64,000 nucleotides of DNA, from contig JBAZZR010000001.1 in assembly GCA_041658665.1 (NCBI GenBank), positions 128,576 to 192,575 on the forward strand. The letters run 5' to 3'. Origin of the DNA: Patescibacteria group bacterium (GTDB lineage Bacteria > Patescibacteriota > Patescibacteriia > Patescibacteriales > UBA12465). The position numbers and the translations under genes are program-made. The notes beneath the pieces were generated by a model, which did not search any database, was not told where the DNA came from, and worked only from the letters and a program-made list of their open reading frames with translations. Each line of letters starts with the position of its first letter. Position 1 is the stretch's first letter. Shown here in pieces: positions 29,034 through 37,787 of this stretch.

Positions 29034-29972
29034 ATGTTCATCAAATTTTTTAAAGACATTAGTAAAAAAAGCGTCGCTGAAGCTGGTGGCAAAGGAGCCT
29101 CTCTTGGCGAAATGACTAAAGCTGGTATCCCAGTCCCGCCCGGTTTTGTAATTTTAGCTGAGGCTTTTTATCGCTTCCTAGAAGAGACTGATTTGACCCA
29201 AGCGGTCCAGGCGATTTTGGACAAGATCAATTATAAAGACATCAATGCCGTCGACGGCGCTTCCGTTCAGATCCGATCCTTGATTCTTAAAGCGCCGATG
29301 CCGAAAGACTTGGAAAAGGATATTAAGGCCGATTTTAAAAAATTAAAAACAAAATTTGTCGCCGTTCGTTCCAGCGCGACGGCCGAAGATTCTTCCTCCG
29401 CTTCTTGGGCCGGCGAATTAGAAACTTATTTAAATACGACTGATAAAACGTTACTTTTGAATGTCAAAAAATGTTGGTCGTCTTTATTTACACCGCGTGC
29501 AATTTTTTATCGTCATGAGAAAAAATTATTAAAGACTAAGGTCGGCGTCGCGGTCGTTATTCAGCAAATGGTTGACTCAGAAATTTCCGGTATCGCTTTT
29601 ACGGTTCATCCGGTAACTCAAGATAAAAATCAAATGATCATCGAGGCAGGCTACGGACTCGGCGAAGCCATAGTTTCCGGCTCAATTACGCCCGATTCTT
29701 ATGTATTAGATAAGCGCGATTACTCTTTTTTAGATATTAATATTGCCGAACAAGCTCGGCAGATTGTTAAGGGAGCGACTGGTGGCGTTAAATGGGTTCC
29801 GGTTATTAAAAAAGCCCAGGCGAAGCAAAAATTAAACGGTCGGCAGATAGTTGAATTAGCAAAAATTTGTGCTGGCATTGAGAAGCATTATCAGTTTCCT
29901 TGTGATATCGAATGGGCCTATAAAGGGGGTAAATTTTATGTTACTCAGAGTCGTCCAATTACCACTCTTTAG
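29034..29972 (+). CDS. Stand-alone PPDK_N-type ATP-grasp (nucleotide-binding domain of the PEP synthase / pyruvate phosphate dikinase family)
   Basis: 312 aa. VAEAGGKGASLGEMTKAGIPVPPGFVI, FVAVRSSATAEDSSSASWAGELETYLN, and an ending YVTQSRPITTL typical of the end of this domain. It contains no His-swivel motif and no C-terminal PEP-binding domain. Confidence 0.88.
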   Translation: MFIKFFKDISKKSVAEAGGKGASLGEMTKAGIPVPPGFVILAEAFYRFLEETDLTQAVQAILDKINYKDINAVDGASVQIRSLILKAPMPKDLEKDIKADFKKLKTKFVAVRSSATAEDSSSASWAGELETYLNTTDKTLLLNVKKCWSSLFTPRAIFYRHEKKLLKTKVGVAVVIQQMVDSEISGIAFTVHPVTQDKNQMIIEAGYGLGEAIVSGSITPDSYVLDKRDYSFLDINIAEQARQIVKGATGGVKWVPVIKKAQAKQKLNGRQIVELAKICAGIEKHYQFPCDIEWAYKGGKFYVTQSRPITTL

Positions 29973-30017
29973 GCGGGAAATCTCTTTTCTCTTTTTGTAA
30001 AAATATGCTAAAATAAA

Positions 30018-30050
30018 AACAGAATGGCTAATTCTGTTTTTCTTTATTTT
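30018..30050 (+). terminator. Rho-independent terminator after the ATP-grasp gene
   Basis: 8-bp stem AACAGAAT (30018-30025) / ATTCTGTT (30031-30038), loop ggcta, followed by a T-rich run (ttttctttatttttt). Confidence 0.7.
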
Positions 30051-30058
30051 TTGGTTTA

Positions 30059-31498
30059 ATGTTCGATTATCTTCAACAATTTAATAAATTAGCTAAAGAC
30101 CTGCGTGACCGGGTTTCTTCGCCGTCGGTCATGGCTATGGTCACGGAACTCGAGGCCAAGTATCAAGTCGACTTAGCCATGACGATTATGAAAGTCATGA
30201 TCAAGAATTTGGCGCTGGCGAGTTTACCGACTTATTTTGTTAGTGAATTTGGTTTAAGCGTCGATAAAGCCGAGTCTTTGACGAAGGAGTTGAAAGAGAA
30301 AATTTTTGCGGCCGCCGCCGGGCATCTTGGTTTAGCCTCGGAAATTCGAGCCTTTAATCTTGATCAGGATATTAATATTTTAATTAAAGAGGCGGGCTTA
30401 ACTTTGTCTAGCGAAATTTTAGTTCATCGTTTAAAAAATATTTTATCGACCTATATCCGAGGGGTCCGGGCTAAAATCGATACGCGGCTTTCTCTCGCTA
30501 AAGATGTAAAAATAGGGGGATTGAATTTAAGTGATATTGAGATTGATCGCGTACTTAAAATTTGTGATAGTCAGAAGTTTAGTAGCGAAGATGATTCTCG
30601 TTATAAAATAGCGGCGACTCCGGCGCCGGCTTTAGCGTCTAATAGTTTAGATAAAATTATTTCTTCCGCCGACCGTTCCGCCGCCGCGGTTAATTTAGCC
30701 GGAGAATATAATTTAAAAAAAGCTTTAGCTAGTGGGCAGGTAAAACCGTTAGCGGCTAATCGATTAGATTTGAGTCATGAATTAGCGAGTCCTGCGCCCC
30801 AATTAGATTTACCGGGCGTTACCTCGACGCCGAACCCAACTATTGTAAAACAAGTCGTATCGGTTAGTCCGGACGTTTCCACAAAAAAAGTTACTCCGGC
30901 TACTCCGATCGGTCCGCTTAGTTTAGTTAAGCGGACAATCCCTATTCCGCCATTTCCTTCCCGGGTGATTCCGCCAGTTGTCGCCGTTCCTAATCCCGTG
31001 GCTTCTTCTTTAAAAGCCGAGGTTGTTTCAGTCGCTCCTCCCTTAAAAATCGGAGTTGCTTCATCCGCCCCGCGGCCAGTAGTGGCTAACATTACCCCCT
31101 CGCCTGCCAAACGTCCGATTTCACCGCCAGTGAGCGGTCGCCCGCAAATGCACGATATTAAACCCATGCCTAAGATTATCGGTCCGTTAGAAGAGCTACA
31201 ATTTTTAGATTTAGTTAATTTTCGGCGTTTGGGCCAGAATCCGGCCGAGATAAGCGCTAAAATATTAGCTAAGGTAAAATTGTTGGAAAGAGACGGCTAT
31301 GATAAGATGATTTTAGGCGTTAAGGCCTGGCGGCAGAGTTTAGTTAACCGGGCCTATTTACGTTTAGGGCAGGAAGCCCTGGCTAAAGGCGTCGGCTTAA
31401 AAGATTATATTGTTAGTCAAAAGCAGACGGGTAAAGATTGTTTAAGTCTAGAAGAGATTGAGGAAATTGTGAAGCTCAATAGTCAATTAATATTTTAG
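30059..31498 (+). CDS. Hypothetical protein with a central Pro/Val/Ser-rich low-complexity region
   Basis: 479-aa ORF. Its central part reads PAPQLDLPGVTSTPNPT...IPIPPFPSRVIPPVVAVPNPV...PPVSGRP. It lies directly upstream of the PrgI-like gene. Confidence 0.65.
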   Translation: MFDYLQQFNKLAKDLRDRVSSPSVMAMVTELEAKYQVDLAMTIMKVMIKNLALASLPTYFVSEFGLSVDKAESLTKELKEKIFAAAAGHLGLASEIRAFNLDQDINILIKEAGLTLSSEILVHRLKNILSTYIRGVRAKIDTRLSLAKDVKIGGLNLSDIEIDRVLKICDSQKFSSEDDSRYKIAATPAPALASNSLDKIISSADRSAAAVNLAGEYNLKKALASGQVKPLAANRLDLSHELASPAPQLDLPGVTSTPNPTIVKQVVSVSPDVSTKKVTPATPIGPLSLVKRTIPIPPFPSRVIPPVVAVPNPVASSLKAEVVSVAPPLKIGVASSAPRPVVANITPSPAKRPISPPVSGRPQMHDIKPMPKIIGPLEELQFLDLVNFRRLGQNPAEISAKILAKVKLLERDGYDKMILGVKAWRQSLVNRAYLRLGQEALAKGVGLKDYIVSQKQTGKDCLSLEEIEEIVKLNSQLIF

Positions 31499-31506
31499 GG
31501 TATTTT

Positions 31507-31932
31507 ATGCAGCAATTTACGGTGCCTCAATTTATTGATGTAGAAAACCAGATTATCGGACCGATAACGACTCGGCAATTTTTAATTTTTTTAGTCGCCG
31601 CGATAATTATTGGTTTAAGTTATAAGTTATTTGATTTTACTCTGTTTGTGATTATCGGCATTGTTGTCTTTTTAATTTCGGCTATTTTTGCTTTCGTTAA
31701 AATTAATGGCCGGCCTTTCCATCTATTTTTACTCAATACGATTCAAACTTTTCGTCGTCCAACTATTCGGGTTTGGAGCAATCAAGGGGCAATCGCCGAA
31801 AAAATTGAAAAGTCACTGCCGCTTGTCGCTGGTTATCAGGCCGCGCCGCCTAAATTTTATAAGGAATCTCGTTTAGCCGAACTGGCGCTGATTGTCGACA
31901 CCGAGGGGAAATATAAAGGCGAACAGTCTTAA
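31507..31932 (+). CDS. PrgI-like small membrane protein (Gram-positive-type T4SS component family)
   Basis: 141 aa. The N-terminus QFTVPQFIDVENQIIGPITTRQFLIFL is followed by two hydrophobic segments, the pattern I recognise from PrgI-family proteins. It sits two genes upstream of a VirB4-like ATPase. Confidence 0.6.
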   Translation: MQQFTVPQFIDVENQIIGPITTRQFLIFLVAAIIIGLSYKLFDFTLFVIIGIVVFLISAIFAFVKINGRPFHLFLLNTIQTFRRPTIRVWSNQGAIAEKIEKSLPLVAGYQAAPPKFYKESRLAELALIVDTEGKYKGEQS

Positions 31933-31942
31933 GTAATATCAT

Positions 31943-32623
31943 ATGTCAGCTAAAAATTTAGCCAAAAATAAAGTTAGCAACTATACTCAGGAATATTTGA
32001 ATATTGCGGAAATTAAGGATAATACAGTTGTTATGAAAGACGGAACTTTGCGCGCCGTTCTTTTAGTGTCTAGTATAAATTTTGCTTTAAAAAGCGAGGA
32101 TGAACAGAATGCCGTCATTAGCTCTTATATTCGTTTTTTAAATAACATCAGTTTCATGATGCAAATAGTCATTCAGTCGCGCGAATTAGATATTGATAAC
32201 TATTTACAATATTTAAAGTCGAAGGAGAAAGAACAAACCAATAAGCTTTTGAAAGTCCAGACCGCTGACTATATCGAATATATTCAGGAGCTTACTTCGC
32301 TAGGGAAAATTATGAATAAGCGTTTTTATGTCATTATTCCTTATGATCCTTTAACCGATAAGCACAAGAATTTTTTTAGTCTCATCGGGGAAGCGCTGAA
32401 GCCGGCGACTATTATTAAATTAAAAGAAACTACTTTTCAGAAATATCAGGATATGCTTGATCGCCGCGTCGAGAGCGTTTTAAATGGCCTTGAATCGATG
32501 GGGGTAGCGTCTATTCGTCTCGACACGCAGAGTTTAATAGAACTGTACTATAAGACCTATAATCCCGAGACGGCGAAGAATCAGGAGTTAGTCGATTTAG
32601 ATAAGCTTCGCGTTGAAAAATAA
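31943..32623 (+). CDS. Hypothetical protein between the PrgI-like and VirB4-like genes
   Basis: 226-aa ORF with tight spacing (10 nt and 5 nt) to its neighbours. No motif recognised. Confidence 0.6.
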   Translation: MSAKNLAKNKVSNYTQEYLNIAEIKDNTVVMKDGTLRAVLLVSSINFALKSEDEQNAVISSYIRFLNNISFMMQIVIQSRELDIDNYLQYLKSKEKEQTNKLLKVQTADYIEYIQELTSLGKIMNKRFYVIIPYDPLTDKHKNFFSLIGEALKPATIIKLKETTFQKYQDMLDRRVESVLNGLESMGVASIRLDTQSLIELYYKTYNPETAKNQELVDLDKLRVEK

Positions 32624-32628
32624 ATTAT

Positions 32629-34530
32629 ATGATCGATTTCAGTAAGCAAGAAGAACAAAATAATAAGATTAAATTAACTACCCCGTTAACTTTAACTGGT
32701 CAGCCGGTTAAGCCGGCTATTGAAGATAATCCGGAGATGACGAGGGAAATTATTGAGGAAGAAAAGGCTTTTCGACGCGGGGTTTTATCCGTTCGCGATA
32801 TTATCGCGCCGGCCAGCCTGAAAGTTGAGCCGACTTTATTACGGCTCGGTAATAAATTTTTGCGAACGATTTTTGTCGTTAGTTATCCGCGTTATATTTC
32901 GGTCGGTTGGTTCGCTCCGATTATTAATCTTAATTTTAGCTTTGATGTTTCGATGTTTTTTTATCCGGTTAAGAGCGCGATAATTTTAAAACAGTTAAAA
33001 AATAAAGTCGGCGCGCTAGAAGCGCAGATAGTCGGCGACGCGGAGAAGGGGGCGGCGCGCGATCCTTTACGGGAAACCGCCTTACGCGATATTGAATATT
33101 TACGCGACGCGCTTACTCAAGGTACGGAAAAATTCTTTCAATTCGGTTTGTACGTTACTCTTTACGCCGATAATCAAGAAGAGCTCGACCGTTTATCGGA
33201 TCAAATTGAAGACGTTTTCGGCTCCCGCCTAGTTTATTCTCGCCGGGTTTACTACCAATCTGAACAAGGTTTTAACTCGACTTTGCCTTTAGGCGACGAT
33301 GAGCTTTATATTACTTTTAACATGAACTCATCGCCTATTGCTTCGTCTTTTCCCTTTATTTCCAGCGAGCTGACGAGTGATCGGGGAATTCTATACGGGA
33401 TTAACCGGCATAACAATAGTTTAATTCTTTTTGATCGTTTTAGTTTACAAAATGCTAACTCCGTAGTTTTTGCTACTTCCGGGGCGGGGAAAAGCTACGC
33501 GATAAAATTAGAAATTTTACGCTCTTTAATGTTAGGGACGGAAGTTATCGTGATTGATCCGGAATATGAGTATAAACATTTATCGGAAGCCGTGGGCGGG
33601 ACTTATATTAATATTTCTTTGTCTTCGGAAAATAAAATTAATCCCTTTGATTTACCGCGTTCCATCGGCGGTGAAGCTAAACCTAAAGATATAATTAGGA
33701 GTGCGGTGATAACTTTAAAGGGTTTAGTTCGTTTAATGCTCGGTAATTTAAGCTATGATGAAGATTCAATTGTCGATCGCGCTTTGTTAGAAACTTACGC
33801 TAAGAAAGATATTACGCCGGACTCGGATTTAAGTAAAATAGAGGCGCCGATTGTTTCTGATTTTGAACAGATTCTCGAGGGGATGGAGGGCGGCGGCGAT
33901 TTAGCTTTGCGTCTTAAAAAGTTTACGCAAGGGACCTTCGCCGGGTTACTGAATAACCAGACTAATGTCGAGATGGATAATCAATTGGTTTGTTTTTCAG
34001 TTCGCGATTTAGAAGATGAACTTCGACCGATTGCGATTTATACGATCGTCAATTATATTTGGAACGTAGTGCGCAGCGAAATGAAGAAGCGGATTTTAGT
34101 GATTGATGAAGCCTGGTGGATGATGCAGCATGAAGATAGCGCTAAATTTATTTTTGCTTTAGTCAAACGTTGCCGTAAATATTATTTAGGGGTGACGACG
34201 ATTACTCAGGACGTTAATGACTTTTTGACTTCGCCCTACGGCCAAGCGATTGTTACTAACTCTTCGCTCCAAATTTTATTGAAGCAGTCGCCGGCGGCGA
34301 TTGATCTAGTCAAAAAAACCTTTTTACTAACTGAAGGCGAAAAATATTTATTATTAGAATGCGGGGTCGGAGAGGGAATATTTTTTGCCGGGAATAAACA
34401 CGTGGCTATGAAAGCAGTCGCTTCTTATTCCGAGGACCAATTAATTACTTCGGATCCGCGACAGCTCCTAGAAATAGAAGAAGCGAAAAAAGAATTTGAT
34501 GAGAGCCAGGCGGCGGAAACGACGACTTAA
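32629..34530 (+). CDS. VirB4/TrbE/PrgJ-like T4SS-type ATPase
   Basis: 633 aa. Walker A FATSGAGKSYA, Walker B RILVIDEAWWMM, then GVTTITQDVNDF. Confidence 0.8.
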   Translation: MIDFSKQEEQNNKIKLTTPLTLTGQPVKPAIEDNPEMTREIIEEEKAFRRGVLSVRDIIAPASLKVEPTLLRLGNKFLRTIFVVSYPRYISVGWFAPIINLNFSFDVSMFFYPVKSAIILKQLKNKVGALEAQIVGDAEKGAARDPLRETALRDIEYLRDALTQGTEKFFQFGLYVTLYADNQEELDRLSDQIEDVFGSRLVYSRRVYYQSEQGFNSTLPLGDDELYITFNMNSSPIASSFPFISSELTSDRGILYGINRHNNSLILFDRFSLQNANSVVFATSGAGKSYAIKLEILRSLMLGTEVIVIDPEYEYKHLSEAVGGTYINISLSSENKINPFDLPRSIGGEAKPKDIIRSAVITLKGLVRLMLGNLSYDEDSIVDRALLETYAKKDITPDSDLSKIEAPIVSDFEQILEGMEGGGDLALRLKKFTQGTFAGLLNNQTNVEMDNQLVCFSVRDLEDELRPIAIYTIVNYIWNVVRSEMKKRILVIDEAWWMMQHEDSAKFIFALVKRCRKYYLGVTTITQDVNDFLTSPYGQAIVTNSSLQILLKQSPAAIDLVKKTFLLTEGEKYLLLECGVGEGIFFAGNKHVAMKAVASYSEDQLITSDPRQLLEIEEAKKEFDESQAAETTT

Positions 34531-34576
34531 TTATCCAGCCGCGGTCGTTAAATTATTTTTGATTATCTCAAAATAT

Positions 34577-35206
34577 ATGCTAAATAATCGTAAACAAACA
34601 GGGATTTTACTTATCGTCTTAGGCTTATTATTCCTTTTAGTTATTCTTTATTTTATTCTGGCTAAAAGTCCTAGCGTCGCGCCTAAGCTTGAGCCAGATA
34701 TCGCGAGTTCGAGCGCGTCACTACCGTCTAGTTCAACGAATGGGACAACAACGCCTAGTGACAAACCGCTAGATGGCCGTCAGTATGATATTTCTAAAGA
34801 GAAGCCACTCCCGGTAGGCGCCGCTGATTTAGCGAAGCGGGCAATGCTTTATAGCGAAAGATTTGGTTCTTATTCCAACCAATCCGATTATGGTAATTTT
34901 ACGGATCTAAAGATATTCATGACGGCTAGTTTCCGCGAGTGGGTTGATAAATATGTGGCTGATCTGAAAAAAAATCCTCAGGCGGTCGAGGGATATTATG
35001 GAATTGAAACGAAAGCACTGACGACGGAGTTAAAAAGTTTTGCCGATAAGGACGGTACCGCGGAAATTACGGTCACAACGGAAAGACGCGAGAGTAATAG
35101 CCAAATTGGGGGCGGAGAGCCTTATATTCAAAAAATCGATTTCGGTTTTGTAAAAGTCGGTAGTGATTGGTTAATTGATAAAGCTTATTGGCAGAAGAAT
35201 AAGTAA
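34577..35206 (+). CDS. N-terminally membrane-anchored hypothetical protein
   Basis: The ORF track starts at 34496, inside the VirB4-like gene. The internal ATG 34577 (MLNNRKQTGILLIVLGLLFLLVILYFIL) gives a typical signal-anchor and removes most of the overlap. Confidence 0.6.
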   Translation: MLNNRKQTGILLIVLGLLFLLVILYFILAKSPSVAPKLEPDIASSSASLPSSSTNGTTTPSDKPLDGRQYDISKEKPLPVGAADLAKRAMLYSERFGSYSNQSDYGNFTDLKIFMTASFREWVDKYVADLKKNPQAVEGYYGIETKALTTELKSFADKDGTAEITVTTERRESNSQIGGGEPYIQKIDFGFVKVGSDWLIDKAYWQKNK

Positions 35207-35231
35207 CTAGGTTAAAGAAAAATAAGTAACT

Positions 35232-36578
35232 ATGTCTAATTTGAAAACAATTTATGTTTGTTCTAATTGTGACGCCCAGTCTCCGAAATGGAGCGGGCGT
35301 TGTTTGGAATGTGGCGCTTGGGGAACTTTAAAAGAAGAAATGACCGACTCGCAGCAAGCGAGAAAAGCTGAGGCTAAAAAAGTCGGAGGGGCCTCTTTAG
35401 TTGATTTAGGACAGATTAAAGATATGGATCTTAATCGTTCTCTGACTGGGCTTGCGGAAATAGATAGAGTTTTAGGCGGCGGCTTGGTCCCCGGATCTTT
35501 AGTCCTATTAAGCGGCGAACCAGGCATTGGCAAGTCGACTTTAGTAGCGCAAATTGCGAACGCTTTAGGCACGGATAAGTCTGTTCTCTACGGTAGCGGC
35601 GAAGAGTCGGCCGCGCAGATTAAGTCTCGTTTATTGCGGCTCAATTGCCGTTTAGAGGGGTTCGGTTTTATGTCGGAGACCAATGTCGAGAAGATAGTGG
35701 CCACGACGCTTAAAGTTAAACCCGATCTTTTAATTATTGATTCTATTCAGACTGTTTATTCTTCAATGATTCCGACGGAAGCCGGTAGCATTACCCAGAT
35801 TCGGGCGGCGGCGGTTAAATTTTTAGAATTAGCTAAGACTAATAATATAGCGGTTTTGCTCATTGGCCATATTACGAAAGACGGCCAAGTGGCCGGGCCG
35901 AAATCGCTCGAACATATCGTTGACACGGTTTTATATTTAGAGCATGAGCCGAATAATAATTATTGTCTTTTGCGGACGACTAAAAATCGGTTCGGCTCGG
36001 TTAATGAATTAGGTGTTTTAGAAATGACGGGTGCCGGTTTTCAAGAAGTTAAAAATCCCAGTGCCGCCTTTATTGAGTCCGGCGCCGGCAATATTTCCGG
36101 CTCGGTCATTAGTTGTTTAATCGAAGGGACGCGGCCGTTTCTCGCGGATTTACAGGCTTTAGTTACTAAGACGATTTTCGGTTATCCGCAGCGCAAGGCG
36201 AGCGGTTTTGATTTAAACCGTTTACAGGTTTTAAGCGCGGTTATTTCTAAACGGACTAGAGTTAATTTAATTAATCAGGATATAATTTTAAACGTTGTCG
36301 GCGGTTTGAAAGTTAATGACCCGTCTTTAGATTTAGCGGCTTGTGCGGCCATTATCTCTTCGAATTTAAATAAGAAATTTGATCGAGAAACCTTAGTTCT
36401 CGGCGAGGTCGGATTAGGCGGGGAAGTTCGTAATGTTTTTAAATTAGCGGAACGGCTCCAAGAAGCGGAACGTTTAGGTTTTAAAACAGCGATTATTCCT
36501 AAAGTTGAAATTAAGAAAACCAAATTAAAAATAATCGGCCTTGATAATTTAGAAAACTTAATCGAAATAATTCGGTAA
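35232..36578 (+). CDS. radA: DNA repair protein RadA/Sms
   Basis: 448 aa. N-terminal zinc ribbon CSNCDAQSPKWSGRCLECGAW, Walker A GEPGIGKST, a KNRFG motif, and a Lon-like C-terminal domain. Confidence 0.92.
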   Translation: MSNLKTIYVCSNCDAQSPKWSGRCLECGAWGTLKEEMTDSQQARKAEAKKVGGASLVDLGQIKDMDLNRSLTGLAEIDRVLGGGLVPGSLVLLSGEPGIGKSTLVAQIANALGTDKSVLYGSGEESAAQIKSRLLRLNCRLEGFGFMSETNVEKIVATTLKVKPDLLIIDSIQTVYSSMIPTEAGSITQIRAAAVKFLELAKTNNIAVLLIGHITKDGQVAGPKSLEHIVDTVLYLEHEPNNNYCLLRTTKNRFGSVNELGVLEMTGAGFQEVKNPSAAFIESGAGNISGSVISCLIEGTRPFLADLQALVTKTIFGYPQRKASGFDLNRLQVLSAVISKRTRVNLINQDIILNVVGGLKVNDPSLDLAACAAIISSNLNKKFDRETLVLGEVGLGGEVRNVFKLAERLQEAERLGFKTAIIPKVEIKKTKLKIIGLDNLENLIEIIR

Positions 36579-36600
36579 ATTAATTATTTAAAGTAATAGA

Positions 36601-36628
36601 AAACGGGCAGCCGAGGGGCTGTCCGTTT
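36601..36628. terminator. Bidirectional hairpin terminator between convergent genes
   Basis: AAACGGGCAGCC-gagg-GGCTGTCCGTTT: a 12-bp stem with one G-U pair, flanked by A-rich and T-rich sequence. Confidence 0.7.
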
Positions 36629-36641
36629 TAAGTTTCTGAGT

Positions 36642-37040
36642 TTATTCCGACATGATTTTTTCGGATAACTCTTCAATCGCCAAGATGATTTCTGGCGTTT
36701 GATTGGGGGCTAAAACTCCACGTTTCTGGTCGATGAGGATAGCCGTGTCGACCGAAAAGTTAAAGCATTTTTCAAAAGCCGCTTCCGCGTCTTTTTCACT
36801 GGTAAATTTTATTTCCCAGACTGATGTTGATTCTCGCGGGAGAATTGTTTCCGCCGGTGCATATTCGAACAGGAACCCCTTTTTTTCCAATTGACAGCCA
36901 TAAAAGATATCAATAGGAATTTCACCGTTTAAATAGGCGCGGCAAATTATAGCCGTTTCGTCTCTGACGGGGAAGTGAGGGTCTTTTTTAACAATTTGAG
37001 CAGTATCGCGAGTATTACCAGTAGCCATTTTGAACTCCAT
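36642..37040 (-). CDS. Hypothetical protein
   Basis: 132-aa ORF on the minus strand, convergent with radA. No motif recognised. Confidence 0.55.
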   Translation of the reverse strand: MEFKMATGNTRDTAQIVKKDPHFPVRDETAIICRAYLNGEIPIDIFYGCQLEKKGFLFEYAPAETILPRESTSVWEIKFTSEKDAEAAFEKCFNFSVDTAILIDQKRGVLAPNQTPEIILAIEELSEKIMSE

Positions 37041-37193
37041 GTTTTTTGAAAGAAAGTTAATTGCCTTTGTATATTAATATTGTTTATATAATATGTCAAG
37101 TTATGGCCTGTTGATAATTTTTAGCTAATTATAGTTAATTATTTGTTAGATATTTAGTTTTTATTAAGTTTTTTAGTCATTTTTAACCATCTA

Positions 37194-37222
37194 TTGACAT
37201 TATTTTCTAAAAGTGTTATCAT
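37194..37222 (+). promoter_or_regulatory. Sigma70-like promoter for 37279-37731
   Basis: TTGACA (37194-37199), 17-nt spacer, TATCAT (37217-37222) preceded by TGt (an extended -10). Confidence 0.5.
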
Positions 37223-37278
37223 TGAGATATTGAAATTTTAATTGTAATAATAGAGCAATCATAAATCAGGAGTCAGAA

Positions 37279-37731
37279 ATGTTAAGTTCTTTGATAAATC
37301 GTTTAGGTTATATTCACTTTATTTCTTTCAGTCAAGCTATGGCTGAATTAAAAGAAGGGGTAAAAATCTTTTTGGAGGATATTTTGTTTTGGGACTTCGT
37401 AGCCCTGCTACCTCGAGCTATTGTTCGCCTTGTAAAAGGAATCGGAGGAATCTTAGCATTCATCGGAGGAATCAACATCATTATTACCGCTATTTCTTCA
37501 GTGGTCGTAATGATTGCCACGATGGTCGTTTTTTTCTTGGGCTTGAATAGTCTAAGTAACGCCGGAGCCTTTTTCACGATCCAGGCCATAGAATATGCCG
37601 AATGTATTTTCGGCAATATTTATGGTGTGATGCTTTTCGGCCTATCGGTAGCGGCGTTCGTTCTCTGGTGGAACATGCGCAAAGCGGCGTTAGCTAAGGC
37701 TGCAACAGCCAAACTATTTACCAAATCTTAA
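37279..37731 (+). CDS. Hypothetical integral membrane protein
   Basis: 150 aa with about three long hydrophobic segments (GGILAFIGGINIIITAISSVVVMIATMVVFFLGL and others). Confidence 0.6.
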   Translation: MLSSLINRLGYIHFISFSQAMAELKEGVKIFLEDILFWDFVALLPRAIVRLVKGIGGILAFIGGINIIITAISSVVVMIATMVVFFLGLNSLSNAGAFFTIQAIEYAECIFGNIYGVMLFGLSVAAFVLWWNMRKAALAKAATAKLFTKS

Positions 37732-37740
37732 AACAAAAAA

Positions 37741-37766
37741 AGGGCATTCTAATTGAATGCCCTTTT
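37741..37766. terminator. Bidirectional terminator between 37279-37731 (+) and recG (-)
   Basis: Perfect 9-bp stem AGGGCATTC / GAATGCCCT, loop taatt, with an A-run upstream and a T-run downstream. Confidence 0.75.
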
Positions 37767-37787
37767 CTCTTTTATAAATATTTTAAT

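Noticed and set aside
34496-34576. N-terminal extension of 34496-35206 overlapping the VirB4-like gene
   Set aside because: The extension is Arg-rich read-through of the upstream gene's 3' end. The internal ATG 34577 gives a canonical signal-anchor.
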